A stretch of DNA of 64,000 nt from the human T2T-CHM13v2.0 reference genome, Homo sapiens, in the NCBI RefSeq assembly GCF_009914755.1, contig NC_060933.1. The stretch is one strand, 5' to 3'. A model generated the notes under the pieces. The model saw nothing but the letters and a program-made list of their open reading frames with translations. It was not told the origin of the DNA and ran no database searches. A program made the position numbers and the translations under genes. Below, in pieces: positions 13,415-27,620 of this stretch (position 1 is the first letter of the stretch; every line of letters begins with the position of its first letter).

Positions 13415-15288
13415 TTATGATTTTCTTTTTTTATTGTGTCCTTGTCTGGTGTTGGTATCAGGGTAATGCTGGCTTCATAGAATGTCTTAGAGAAAATTTC
13501 CTCCTCTTCATTTTTTGGAGTAGTTTGAGGAGAACCAGTGTTAGTTTTCTCTGAATATTTTGTAGAATTTGACAATGATGCCATCTGGTCCTGGAGTTTT
13601 CTTTGTTGAAAGATTTTTATTTTCTGATTCAATCTCATTACTCATTATTGGTCTGTTCAGGTTTTCTAGTTCTTTCTGATTCAATCTTGGTAGGTTGTAT
13701 GTGTCCAGGAAAATTCCATTCCTTCTAGGTTTTTCAGTTTGTTAGTGTATAGTTGTTCATCATAGTCTCTAATGATCTTTTGTCTTTCTGTTGTATCAAC
13801 TGTAATATTTCCTTTTTCATTTCTAATTTTATTCATTTGAGTCTTCTCTCTTTTTTTCTTGGTTAATCTATCTAGCAGTTTATCAATTTTATCTTTTCAA
13901 AAAAACAACCCTCATTTCATTGTCCTTTCTATGCTTTATTCTCCATTTTCTTTAGTACTGCTCTGATTTTATTATTGCTTATTGTCTACTAATTTTGGCT
14001 TTGGATTGCTCTTGTTTTGTACTTCTTTCAAGTGCATCATTAGATTATTTTAAATGTGTCTACCTTTTTAAGGTAGGCACTTATTACGGTACTTTTGCTG
14101 TATCCCGTAGGTTTTGGTATGTTGTGTTTTTATTTTTATTTTTTTCAAGAAAATTTTTTATTTCCTCTTTAATTTCTTCCTTCACCAAGTGGTCATTTAG
14201 AAGCATGTTGCTTAATTTCCATGTATTTGTACAATTTTCCAAGTTCCTCTTGTCAATGAATTCTTGTTTTATTCTATTGTGGTCTGAGAAAATACTTGAT
14301 ATTATTGAGATTTTTAAAATTTTTTTGAGACTTATCTGTTATACTAATTCTCTGTGAGAATATTTTCTGTGCTGTTAAGAAGAATTTGTGTCCTGTAGCT
14401 GTTGGATAAAATATTCTGTACATGTCTATTAGGTTTATTTGGTCTAATGTGTAGTTTAAATCCAATGTTTCTTTGTTAATTTTCTGTCTAGATGATCTAT
14501 CTAATGCTGAGAGTGAGATGTTGAAGTCTCCAACTATTATTGTATTGGAGTCTTTTATTTTAGACCTAATAATTAATATGCTTCGTATATCTGGGGGCAT
14601 ATGTTTATAATCATTATATCCTCTTGCTGAATTAATCTTTTTATCGTAATAAAATGATCTTTTTCTCTTTTTTACAGCTTTTGACATAAATTCTGTTTCA
14701 TCTGATATAAGCATAGCTGCTCTTGCTCACATTTGGTTTCTATTTGCATGGATCTTTTTCTATCCCTTTACATTTAGTCTATGTGCATCTTTATAGGTGA
14801 GATGAGTTTCTTATAGCAAGCATATAGTTGGGTCATTTTTTATCCATTCAACCATTCCATATCTTTTAAGAGGAAAGTTTAATCTGCTTACATTTGAAGG
14901 TTATTACTAATATGTGTGGGCTTATTCTTGTCATTTTATTAATTGATTTATGGTTGTTTAGTATATCCTTTGTTTCTTTCTCTCTTATTGTTTATCATTG
15001 TGGTTTGGTAGTTTTCTGTAACATTTGAATTCTTTCTCTTCCTTCTTTGTGTGTTTTCTTTACTAGTGGGTTTTAACTTTCATGTATTTTCATAATGGCA
15101 GATATTGTCTTTTCACTTCCAGGTGTGGACTCCCTTAAGCATTTTTTGTAAGGCCCTTTTAGTGGTTTTGAATTCAATCAGATTTTTCTTGTCTGGTAAA
15201 GACTTTATTTCTCCTTCATTTATGAAGGATAGCTTTGCTGTGTATAGTACCTTGATTGACAGTATTTTTTTAATTTTTATTTTAGCAC

Positions 15289-15338
15289 TATATAGAGATA
15301 TATATAGAGAGATATATTTAGATATATATCGATATACA
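15289..15338. repeat. (TA/GA)-rich simple repeat within the L1MA
   Basis: tatatagagatatatatagagagatatatttagatatatatcgatataca. Confidence 0.7.
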
Positions 15339-18300
15339 TCCCATTCTCTCCTGGCCTGAAAGATTTCTGTTGAGAAATCCACCATTAGTCTGATGGGTGT
15401 TCCCTTATAGGTGACTAGATGCTTTTCTCTTGCTATTCTTAGAATTCTCTTTGCCTTTGACTTCTGACAGTTTGACTATAATGTGCTGTGAAGAGATTTT
15501 TGAATTTTCTATCCCTTTCACATTCTCTTCACCTTCTGGGACACCTAAAATTTTTATATCAGGTCACATTTTCAGTCCCATATGTCACATAGGCTTTGTT
15601 CATTGTTTCTTATTCTTTGATTTTTATGTTTGTCTGGAGGTGTTATTTCAAAAGATCTGTCTTCAAGTTTTGAAATTTTTTCTTCTGCTTGATCTAGTCT
15701 ATTGTTGAAGCTTTTCAATGTACTTTGTATTTTATTTTAAAATTCTCAAGTTCCACAATTTTTGTTTGGTTCTTTTTTATGATATCTAACTTTGCTTAAT
15801 TTTTTATTCACATCCTGAATTGTTTTTATATATATTTTTTGTATTATCTTATATCTCACTGAGCATCTTTAGTGTCATTATCTTGAATCCTTTTCCTGGA
15901 ATTATAAAATTTATTTTTCTTTGGAATCTGTTTCTGGAGAATTATTGTGTTGCTTTGAAGTTGTCATATTTCTTTCTTTTTCATGTTTCTTATGTCCTTA
16001 TGTTGATATCTGCACATGTGGTATATCTTTTCTAATTTTTTGTGTTTGCCTTTGTAGGGGATGATGTTTTTCTGAAGATACAGTGTTGGTTAAGTAAGGC
16101 ACTTGATTCTGAGTATGTCCAGAAATGCAGCCTCCATATCATTTATTTGACTGTAAGCAGCATCAGTGATGTTTGTTAGGGTGCTGTGGTTAGTGGAGGC
16201 TGTGAAGTTTTGCTGGAGACAGGGCACCAGATGGGCCTGTACTCATGCCCACTGGTGGCAGTAGTGGGTCAATTATGCCAATGTTTTGGCCCTAAAGTAA
16301 CATACACGGGCACTAGTGTTAGAGGGTCCAGTCGGGCTAGTTCTTGGGCCTCCAGGCAGCTCATTCAGGCATTGGTAGTGACAGTGATGGTCCAGGCAGG
16401 TGGGCATGTTCTTGGACCGATGAGCAGTGGATGTGGAATGGACAATGGCAGCGCAGTGGGAGAGCAACCCTCTGGCTTCTGAGTAGTTCATTCTGGTGTT
16501 TACAGTGGCTGTGACAGGCTGGGAAAGCCAGTCCCCAGGCTCACGGGTGGCCCATGTGGGTGGTATCAGCTGTACCAGTAGCAGCAGATTGGATGAGCCG
16601 AACTTCACGTCCCCAGGAGGAGTGCTTCAGTCCAACAGTGGTGGACTGAGCTGGGCATTCCCCAGGTCTCTGGATGGCATGCTTGGGCTGTAGGTAGGTG
16701 GATCTGGGCCAGGTAGACCTGTCTTCAGGCCCCCCAGCATTGCATGCATGTCCTGGCCATGGTAGGCAGTGGCGGTGTAATCTCCAGGACCCCAGCAGAA
16801 TGCTTGAGTAGTGGCAGTGGCAACTGCACTGCATTCTGCTACTGGTGAGGGTGGGATTGCTTTCAATGGCAGGAGTTGGCTGAGAAGCATGCACTCTTTG
16901 CTCTTGTTTTGGCCTTAGCTGCAGCAGCCTGCAGTGGCAGCATCTGTAGGTAGGAGAGTTTGTCCTTGGGGCATGTAAAAATGTGCGCTGGTTTTGCTGC
17001 TGGGGAGCAGCAAGGCCATTGTCAATAGCTTGTGCTTTGGTTTTTATGGCAGCAGCCAGCCACAGCAGTGTCTTGAGTGAGAATGTCAGTAGAGGTCCAG
17101 GGATGTGGAGATGCAGGGATTATTGGACCCTCCAGGCAGGATGCAATCTGGTGTGGGCTGAGGTCTCAATATGGCACCTTGCTATAGCTACTTAGAACTC
17201 AGAGAGTGTGTGGGACCCAGTGTAAGTTCCCTCTCTGGAGCAGTGCTGTTGCATGGTCTCCAGGTACTGCTCTATGTTAGTCTCAGGACCTGGGAGGGCC
17301 CAGGGGCTTTCTTGGGGCTAGGATTGTAGGGGTCTACAGTGAAATTGTAGACTACTTGGGATCTCTCACTTACTCCTTCACATTGGGGAACCTCTCCAGC
17401 CTCCCAGCCAATCCTGGCTGAACAAGGTGCCTCACTTCCTTCTCCTTCCTTGCCGTAGGTGTTTTCTTGTCACTGCTCTGTGAAATTGCAGTGTTTTCTC
17501 TTAGATTATTTGAAGTATGATTATCTACTCACTATTTTGGTTTTTCTTTGGAAAGGAGATCAGTATCAGATTCCTCTAGTCAGTCATCTTGAAGCCTGTT
17601 CTAAGCATGCTCAACATTTTCTTCTTTCTTATCACAAAGTTTGAATCAAAGCCTCTTTATACTTAGAGACTAAATTTTTGTGAATCACTTTGGCCACAGA
17701 CAGCAATATCAGCATCAGAGAGGATTGCTGCTTTTCCTATTTCCTCATCAGGAGTTTGGCCCTTTGGGGCCCTTTATGCTCAGTGGTGCAAGTTCAAGGA
17801 AAACCTAAATAAGCTGGAATTTCAAGTTCCTTTTAAAATTTATTGAAGGCCTGGGACATTTTTGTTTTGTTTTTTTTTGTAATTGCATACCAATGCAGAA
17901 CATTAAAAATCTTTCCCTGGAAGCCTGATAGAAGATTTTGACAGATGATATTTGGCACTGGAGTGACATCTATGAAAATTCCAGGATCCTGTTTGACATA
18001 ATAATTTCTACTGTCTTTAATTGTATCACTCTGTGTGTGACAGGGTTTGCAGTATAAAATAACTTTTAATGTCAATGTTTTATTCCAGCATAATCTTTTG
18101 GAAGATAGTTTGGCAATATTAAAAATGCACATTTAAATATTAAATACACGAGATGGTACCAGTGATCATAACGGACCTGCTAATTGGTCAACAAGCTCCC
18201 CTTATGTACTAGGATGTTCTCACATGGGCAGGTAATCACAACCGTGTCTCAACTCACTCCCTTGCTTGGTGGCTGCCAAAAATCTTTCGACATACGTTAT

Positions 18301-19879
18301 AAGACACACCTGATTTTGTCAGAAATTTGGTCAAAACATGCATTTGAATTAGGGATTTTCAGAAATAGAGTGTACGTGCACTTTATATTATTTTACAAAA
18401 GTGATGTTTTAATAAGACATGCTATTTCAGTCAAGGGCAATTTATTGGGACTGTTTTTCAATGCCATTAACTACTGCTTTCAAACATAATATTTAAGGAG
18501 AGACTAATATTCATTTATAGTTGTGACATTTTAAAAATGCTTTATTATGGTTATATTAGTTGTTTATAATTCTAAGCTACTATAAATAACAGTGAAAGGT
18601 AGTTATATCTTTCTGAATACCCAGAACCATTTCTCCGGATAAATATGCAGAAACAGAGTTCTGGGTTCAAAAGATATATATATATCTTTCTAAAGGATTT
18701 GAATGCAAAAGCTTAAGTGCTCTGCAGAAAAACCATATGCTGTCCTTCAGTCCTCAGAATGCATCATGCTACCTCCTGCCTCTGTCTGATTTTCATGGTG
18801 CTATTGGTTTTGGTACAACTAATTCCTGGCACTATTGATTCCTTGCAGATAAAGGGCTTTCGTGGGGAGACCACCACATGCTCTATCTTTGCAAATTAAG
18901 GTGGTGTGTGGCATTTGCCAGGATCTCCTCTGCTTACTTCTTGTATTACTATAGCCCCTTCTCCAGGAGGGAATTGTAAGAATTAACCAGAGTCTGTTTC
19001 TTCCATCTGGCCCCATCTAGAAGCTAGCTAGCAAGAAATCTTCAAAGTCCATGGCATATGGGGAGCATTGATCTTTGGCTTTTAACTTCAAGATCATTTA
19101 TCAATTGATCTCTTAATATCCTTTGGAAATTTGGGGATTTTAGAGAAGAATATTTCAACAAAAGTTTCAACAAAAAGTTTTTGGTGATTGTTGACTTGCT
19201 TTATTACAGTGTATGAATAAGAGAAGTGACATATCTATAGTAATATGGTTAAAATGAAATAACTGGAGACCTAGAAAATCAGTATTTATCCTTTTTCTAA
19301 TAACATCTCTTAGGTCTTCCTTGAGCCTTTGTTAACTCATTTTTCCATGCACTGTCAGTGCCTAATCCTCAAGAACATACATGGTAACATTGGCAGGAAA
19401 GTGTTCCTGAAAAGGAAGTAAGTGTCCTGTACAAGGGCCAGTAAAGGAGACCAGATACACACTTCCAATGGACACCCCTCTCACAGATTCTCCCACAGAG
19501 CTGAACCTGGGTGGTAGTGGACCCTGAGGTCTGATATTTCCTGCTGCCTTTCCACCTTTATCTAAGGGAGGACATACAACCATGTGATATTCCATAGATG
19601 CTGCCCTTATCTTGCCCTCAAATGGCAATTTTATAAAATGCCAAATCAAGCCCTGCTAATAAAGCAAGAGATGAAATCCTACTGACATTATTACAGGGTT
19701 CTGGTCAGTTCCCACAAGGAAATCACTGGCAACACCATCACAAATAAAACCCCAAATTTCATTTTTTCAATTTTTCGATTTCAGAAAGGTCATGTTTATT
19801 GTCAGCAGATGCATTAGAGCTAAGTTCTCTTATTCTCTTAGTCACGTCTTTATCAAGTAGCACTGGATGAACATCAACT

Positions 19880-20045
19880 TTCAGTTATGATGAATAAATT
19901 GAAGTTCTAGAGATCTGGTTTACCACCTCAATGAATAAGATGAATAAGTTCTAAAAATCTGGTTTACAAGCTTGTTCCTATGGTTAACAATACTGTATTA
20001 TGCATTTAAAAATGTGTTAAGTAGAAAGATCTCATGTTAAACATT
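19880..20045 (+). mobile_element. L1MB-type 3' end fragment with an imperfect internal duplication
   Basis: tttcagttatgatgaataa...gttctagagatctg...tggttaacaatactgtattatgcatttaaa...gatctcatgttaa; the gttcta..atctggtttac unit occurs twice. Confidence 0.6.
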
Positions 20046-20399
20046 TTTTTTTTTTGTAAAAATGTAGTATTGGATGGTCTCATGGTATGATCACAGCTGC
20101 TTCTGCTTGCCTCAGTTAGTCTAGGCCAGCAGGTCTCCACCCAGGAGCATGTCCTGCAGAGATTTGTAAAAGTGCTGGTTCTCTGGCCCCACATCCAGAG
20201 ATCTGATTTGCTATAAGCAGGTGTAATCGTGCTTAAAACTCAGTCATGGGAATTAAAAGAACCAAAAAGAGAATGGTGTAGACACACGGAAAACTAATTA
20301 GATGTTAAATAAAACAGATATTCAATTTTTACATTCCCTTACCAAACCACATAGCAAGCCGTATTTGTGGAAATGTAAGCAATTTAATTTCATGCTTTG

Positions 20400-20505
20400 T
20401 GCCTTTTCCTCCTTTTCACCTTCCTCTTCCTCCCCTTCCTTCCTTTCCTCTTTTAATTCCTCCTCCCCTTCCTTTTCTTCCTTTTTCTTCTTCTTTCTCT
20501 TTTCA
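20400..20505. repeat. CT-rich low-complexity tract
   Basis: ~100 nt almost purely pyrimidine (ccttttcctccttttcaccttcctcttcc...). Confidence 0.85.
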
Positions 20506-21664
20506 TCTAATTGCCACAGGTTAGATGAAACTTTGCCCCCTTTTGGAAACCTTCCTTATGTTCCCAAAATGGTTAGGTGAACCTGCCTTTCTTCTTTCAT
20601 ATCACATTGACCATAGGGCTTTTATAAATTTCTTCTCCCTGTGTGTGTGCATGTTTATAATCCTCTTCATTCTAAGCAAGGTTTGAGTCTGCATGGTGTG
20701 TTTAATTATTCATTCACATTTTTGTGTTTTTACCTGGACTCAGTTCTGACTGCCAAGGTCCCTGGTTTATTAATCTTTGTATCCCCAGCACCTAACACTC
20801 AATAAATTCTCTGTAAATGCTACGGAATTAATTTGGAAGAAAATAGTGACTGCTTTTGTTTGTTTGTTTTTCAGCTAATACATAGTTTAGAACCTGTTTC
20901 TTCCTCTTTTGAGGCTTCCTGGGATTTTAATTGACCTAGGCACATTAATTTCAAAAAAGAAAGAAAAATAACTATATAGCTTCAATGTTCTAACCTTCAA
21001 CATTAAGTTAATGTGCTCTAACATTGACTTAACAATTGCTATTGGGCTAACTGAAACAATCAGAAAGAACAAACAAAATGGTTATATATACTTGAGTTGA
21101 GAAACTTACATTTATATTTAAAATATCGAGGAAGATATTTCCCCCCAGAAAGCATTCTTTTATAGGAAATGTACACAGGATTGAAGTTCTTATACCCAGC
21201 CCTTTTCCTGAATTAGAGGGTAAAATTATTCATCACCATTAAACTGTTTATATAAAAATATAGAACTGTGTTTAACAGATGAACGTTTTTCTTCCTCATG
21301 TGGTTGTGAGAACACCAGATTGCCAGTCCATTCTTTTGACAGGTGTCTCTTGGAATGAGCCATTGAGAGGCCTGGCATGATTTGACGCCACTTTGACGGG
21401 ACATTGTCTCTTACGCATAGTCGCTGAGCAAATTGGCTTAAGAATCTCCCTTAACAAATTCCAAGTCAGAGCGATTTGAGGCAGCACGTCAGTTTAGATT
21501 ATTCTCTCCTGCAGCCTCCAGAGACAACATGGCTTCCCTATCAGCTCTCTGTAGACATGCTGCATGGTTAGCTTCAAATTTTAAAAAGTAAAGGAAGTGA
21601 ATTTACTTTATTAAATTTCAAAAGGCAAAAGGATTTTCATAAGCATTCCTCATGGGAGCATTGG

Positions 21665-21875
21665 GTTACTTGAATCTAAATTCAACCTCTTCTGTTTACT
21701 AGCTACTGAACGTAAACAATGTACTTGATTTATTTAAACCCATATTTCTTCATCTGAAAAATGGGGATGATAATAGTATCTACCTCTTGGATCTACTGTG
21801 TGGAAGAAATGAGCTAATTCATATAAAGTTCTTAGGATGTTGCCTGGTCCATAATTAGGGCTCAATAATGCCAAA
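21665..21875 (+). mobile_element. MIR SINE
   Basis: Core tttcttcatctgaaaaatggggatgataatagtatctacctc and 3' end ctcaataa. Confidence 0.8.
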
Positions 21876-22674
21876 TATCACTATTCCAAAGCCTTCCTTA
21901 TCTTGTGGCAGTTGGGAATGATGACCTTTATAGTCATTTGAAGAATCATTTTGTATGTAAATCCATTACCACTTAGGCATAAAACAAAATGCATCTACAT
22001 CCTAGCAGAGCCCCAGGCAATCTTAAGAGAATAAAAACAAATGTGCATTGAAATTCTTCCTACCTTGCCATTCTCAGCTTTATTATACATTTATAACATT
22101 TATAGAGGTATCACTTTTTATTACCAAAGTATATTTCTTATGAAAACTTGAAAAGCACAAAGAACCTTGAGTGTGCACATGATAGTAACTCCATGATCCA
22201 GATATAAACGCAGATAACATGAAGGTATTTATGTTACCCTTCTAGTATTTTGCGAATGCATAAAATGTATGCAAATAAAACATAATTAAGATTATGTTGT
22301 TCTTATTTTGATTTTTTATTTAATATTTACTTTGTAAAAATTTTTTAATATCTTTAAATATCCCTCTAAAACTCTAGCTACACGAGTTTATTTCAATAAT
22401 CTATTGGCATTTATGTTATTTCTGTACTTTTTTGGAACCTCGTACTTTATTTTTAAAAACGGAATTATTTGGTCCTCAAAGATTAAGTCTTCTAAAAATT
22501 GAGAGATATATTAAGAAGTTGGGGTAGTCATTTATAACTTTAATTGTGTCATTCTTAATTGCCATGAGTTTATTTTATTTTCATTAGTAATACTTGGTCG
22601 ATTGTCTCCTAAAAAGCAGATTGTATCACTAATGTCTAAACACCAAGCTAAAACTTCCTGAATTTTTTAAATTA

Positions 22675-22790
22675 ACTAATTCAAAAAATATCTATCAAGC
22701 AATGACAGTGTGGTAGGCATAGTTTTCAGAAGTGGAGATGCAATAATTGTCAGTGTAGATAAAGCCTTTGCCTTGTGCAACTTACAGTCA
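22675..22790 (-). mobile_element. L2 3' end fragment
   Basis: attcaaaaaatatctatcaagc...gtggtaggcatagtt...ggagatgcaa...gccttgtgcaacttacagtc. Confidence 0.5.
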
Positions 22791-22921
22791 TTTAAGAAAT
22801 AAGTTTAAATTTTCATATATAAATCTAAATTTAGAAATAATAATAGGGAAAGATTGATCTGAAATTTCTATTAGTGACAAAAGATTTTTTTAAAAATACA
22901 TAAGGGCATAATTATTATATT

Positions 22922-22981
22922 TAATACATCATAAATTAAATAAAAATTACATAATACATTATAAATTAAATAAAAATTACA
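22922..22981 (+). repeat. 30-bp tandem duplication
   Basis: taatacatcataaattaaataaaaattaca / taatacattataaattaaataaaaattaca (1 mismatch). Confidence 0.9.
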
Positions 22982-23171
22982 AATTATAAATGATTTTCTT
23001 TCTCAGTAGACCCCCTCTTCCACCTGCAATTTCTTCACTGGTATATGTATGCTATTGTTTTTCCAGAAAACTCTGATATATTCTGTTAACTACTTCATGT
23101 CAGACCACACATAGTTTGTTTCATTTATGAACCATAGCTCTCTTTAGGAATTTTTTCTTTTCCAAGTTTCC

Positions 23172-25298
23172 ATTTTTGTTTGCTTATTTATTTGTTTTTT
23201 AATTTTAAGTTCAAGGGTATATGTGCAGGATGTGCAGGTTTGTTACATAGGTAAACATGTGCCATGGTAGTTTGTGACACAGATCATTCCATCACCTAGG
23301 TGTCAAGCCCAGCATCCATTAGCTATTCTTCCTGATGCTCTCCCTCTTCCCCTGCTCACCCTTTGACAGGCCCCAGTGTGTGTTGTTCCACCCCGTGATC
23401 TTTTTCCTTTTTATGGCTGCATAGTAATCCATGGTGTAATATGTACTACATTTTCTTTATCCAGTCTATCATTGATGGGCATTTAGTTGATTCTGTGTCG
23501 TTGCTATTGTGAATAATGCTGCAATGAACATACACACATGCATGTATCTTTATGATAGAATAATTTATATTCCTTTGGGTATATGCCTAGTAATGAGATT
23601 GCTGGGTCAAATGATATTTTTGCCTCTAGGTCTTTGAGTAATTGCCACCCTGTCTTCTACAATGGTGAACTAATTTACTGACAGGGTAAAAGCGTTCCTT
23701 TTTCTCCACAACCTCGTCAGTGTCTGTTAAGTTTTTACTCCATTCTGACTGGTATGAGATGGTATCTCATTGTGGTTTTGATTTGCATTTATCTAATGAT
23801 AAGTTTTTTTTCATATGTTTGTTGGCCCCATGTTTGTCTTCTTTTGAGAAGTGTCTCTTTATGTCGTTTGCCCATTTTTTAATGGGGTTGTTTGTTTTTT
23901 TCTTGTAGATTTGTTTAAGTTCCTTGTAGATGCTGGATATTAGACTTTTGTCATATGGATAGATTGCAAAAATTTTCTCCCATTCTTTAGGTTGTCTGTT
24001 CATGCCGATGATACTTTCTTTTGCTGTGCAGAAAGCTCTTTAGTTTAATTAGAACCCATTTGTCAATTTTTGCTTTTGTTGGAATTGCTTTTGTCATCTT
24101 CATCATGAAATCTTTGCCCATGCCTGTGTCCTGAATGCTATTGCCTAGATTTTCTTCTAGAGTTTTATAGTTTTTGGTTTTATATTTAAGTCTTTAATCC
24201 ATCTTGTGTTGATTTTTGTATATGGTGTAAGAATGGGGTCCAGTTTTAATTTTCTGCATATGGCTAGCCCGTTTTCAGCACCATTTATTAAATAGGGAAT
24301 CGTTTCCCCATTGCGTTTTTTGGTCAGGTTTGTCAAAGATCCAATGGTCATAGGTGTGTGGTGTTATTTCTGGGTTCTCTGTTTTGCACCATTGGTCTGT
24401 ATGTGTCTGTTCTTGTACCGGTACCATGCTGTTTTGGTTACTGTAGCCCTGTAGTATAGCATGATGCCTCCAGCTGTGTTCTTTTTGCTTAGGATTGTCT
24501 TGGATATTTGTGCTCTTTTTTGGTTCCATATGAATTTTAAAATATTTTTTTCTAATTCTGTGAAGAATGTCAATGGTAGTTTAATGGGAATAACATTGAA
24601 TATATAAATTACTTTGGGTAGTATGTCCATTTTCAACAATATTGATTCTTCCTATCCATGAGCATGGAATGTTTCTTCATTTTTCTGTCATGGCTGATTT
24701 GTTTGAGCAGTGGTTGTAGTTCTCGTTAAAGAGGTCCTTCACTTCCCTTGTTAGCTGTATTCCTAGGTAATTTATTCTTTCTGTGGCAATTATGAGTGGG
24801 AGTTCATTCATGATTTGGCTTTTGGCTTGCCTGTTGTTGGTGTATAGGAATGCTAGTAATTTTTGCACGTGATTTTGTATCCTGAGAGTTTGCTGAAGTT
24901 GCTTATCAGCTTAAGAAACTTTTGGGCTGAGATGATGGGGTTTTCTAAATATAGAATCATGTCATCTGCAAAAAAAGATAGTTTGACTTCTTCTCTTCCT
25001 ATTTGAATACCTTTATTCTTGGCCAATTGCCCTGGCCAGAACTTCCAATACTATGTTGAATGGGAATGGTGAGAAGGGTATCCTTGTCTTGTACTGGTTT
25101 TCAAGGGGAATGCTTCCAGCTTTTTCCCATTCAATATGATATTGGCTGTTGGTTTGTCACATATGGCTCTTATTATTTTGAGATATTTCATTCAATACCT
25201 AGTTTATTGAGAGTTTTTAATGTGAAGGGATGTTCAACTTTATCAAAGGCCTTTTCTGCATCTATTGAGATAATCATGTGGTTTTTGTCTTTAGTTTT
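23172..25298 (-). mobile_element. 5'-truncated L1 (about L1PA8-L1PA11, ~2.1 kb) with an internal 3'UTR deletion
   Basis: 3' end tgtgcaggatgtgcaggtttgttacataggtaaac; ORF2 remnants in the track ([31 protein letters not shown]); sequence jumps at ~23397; no clear TSD. Confidence 0.88.
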
Positions 25299-26030
25299 AG
25301 TCTACTCTGAATTATCACTAAACGTGCTTTCACACACATCTTTACAAAATAAATGAAATTAATGATCCTTAGAATAGTATGAGATTTTCATAAATACAAG
25401 CAAATTTATCTCTAAGTATTTTTAGTAGTTTATATTCAGAGCAGCAGAGTATAAGAATATCAATTTTTCTCACCTCTGCTAGCATTGAATATTAACATGT
25501 AAACGTTTTTGTGTGTCCTTACATATTAAAAAGATAAAACTTTATTTCCTGCTCTAATTTTCATTTAAAAAAATCTATTTTCAGTGGATAATTTGTTTCT
25601 GCAATTTTGACTTAAAATATATATTGAGTGCCTATTTGGTGCAAAATATATTGCCAACAAGATATGCCATTTATTTATTCATTTATTTACTTATTTAGGT
25701 CTTGCTATTAAACATTATTTGTATTTTTCTTGTTGTGATTTCCAGTTTTTTGTTGCACTTTTTAATTAAAATATTTGTCTTTTCCTAAATGCTTTGTAAA
25801 AATCCTTATTACAGAATACCAACTCTTTGTCCCTCATACAGGCTAGCCTGCCATTATGCTTCTTGTTTTGTGTGCTTTTCAGTAATATTTATATGTTAAT
25901 ATTTTTATTTTTTAAATTACATGTTTTTAGAAAGTTAAACAATACAGAAAGCTAAATAGCACAAAAGAAATTCCCTGAATTCTCTATACCTAGAAATTTC
26001 CACTAAATTTTTTTAAATTTTAACTTAAAA

Positions 26031-26177
26031 ATTTTATTTTTTATTTTTTGTAGAGATGGGGTCTTAATATGTTGCCCAGGCTGTTGCTGACCTTAAGGAG
26101 CTCCTGGCCCCAACTGATCCTCCTGCCTTGTCCTCCCAAAGTGCTGGAATTATGGGCATGATCCACCATGTGCAGCC
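26031..26177 (-). mobile_element. Free left Alu monomer (FLAM_C/AluJ-like)
   Basis: T-rich tail then tagagatggggtct...gttgcccaggctg...cctcccaaagtgctggaattatgggcatg...cagcc. Confidence 0.85.
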
Positions 26178-26239
26178 TAGAAATATTTTACAAATATGTT
26201 TTATACACATTTACTTGTGTAACACATAGGTAAATTTAA

Positions 26240-26432
26240 ATTTAAATTTAGATTACATTTTGCACTTAAATACTAGTCACTGATACTTTTTTATCGATAA
26301 CTTTTCCCATTCTTGAGAACTTATTTTAAATCATCATTCCATTGCCTGAGATGCAAGGTTTAGTAATTTCTATATGGAGCATAGAATTGTGTATTTAACA
26401 TAGTATTGTTGTTGTTTTCATATATAAATGAC
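26240..26432 (+). repeat. Copy 1 of a ~193-bp dispersed direct duplication (copy 2 at 27621-27815)
   Basis: atttaaatttagattacattttgcac...catatataaatgac occurs twice; about 9 substitutions plus a 2-nt indel by eye. Confidence 0.93.
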
Positions 26433-26987
26433 CTGTGTTGTTTACATAAATAAGATCATATATGTCATTTTTCAATATTTTCTAATAAATAACATGTTTT
26501 GTGAGTCTTTCCATTTCAAGAAACATAGATCTTCATCTTTCTTTATAATGACTGCATTGTAATATAGATCTATGTCATACTTTGCTTAGTTAATTCTTTA
26601 ATAATGAATTTTAGGCTCTTTCTAATTTTTCACTACAATAAGCAACACTACCATAAATTCCCAGCACATTTTTTTTTGTACTGACCTGATTGCTTCACTG
26701 TTGAGCATATAATTAAAGCAATCCATAGAGACTTTGATCAAGATTGAAATTGATAACTTTACTGGGAATTAAAATTTTGAGGTTAAAGACTTTTTATGTG
26801 AATACAAGTATAATGTCACATTTTAAAAGTCTGTCAGTAAATTTCATATAGTTTTCTCTTCATAGCCCCATTTATATCATGTGTCCAAAGTATCATGGAG
26901 ATAATTTTCCTTTTTATCTTTCTGAGCCAATTTTTAAAGTTGTATACATTTTATCATGTTGTATTAATAAAGAATATTAATGTACTA

Positions 26988-27298
<311 letters not shown>

Positions 27299-27620
27299 CT
27301 AATAACAAATGAAGAAATTATTACACATATTATTAAATTAAAATAAGTAATAATAGTAGCTAGTACCGTTATATTATCATTTTCAACATTGGAATTATAT
27401 TTTCAAATTACTAACCAAAAAAAAAATCAGTGCATTTATTCTGACCTGCATCAACTGAATTAACAAAGTTACTTCTTCACATCTTTATTCTCTCAACTGT
27501 TGTTTTGTTGAGAGATATACAGTCTCAGATTTTTCATTTGTTTTTGTTTTTAATGTTTGTTATTATGTTAGTGTACTCTTTTTCAGGACTTACGGCATTT
27601 GGATTTTTAGTTGTAATTAT

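Larger units (their letters stand above)
9686..17596 (-). mobile_element. Full-length degenerate L1MA-type LINE-1 (about L1MA5-L1MA8), interrupted by a younger L1PA
   Basis: 3' end at ~9690 (ttgacaaataataatagtacatattcatggggtaca); ORF2 remnants in the track ([14 protein letters not shown]; EN fragment IIVGDFNISLSALDRS); ORF1 remnant ~15.1-16.0 kb; GC-rich 5'UTR ~16.1-17.6 kb ending cagtcatcttg (reverse complement of caagatgactg). Confidence 0.88.

Noticed and set aside
16186-17195. Cluster of overlapping ORFs and a GC-rich island-like segment
   Set aside because: This is the L1MA 5'UTR; it is CpG-depleted and is not a host promoter or gene.
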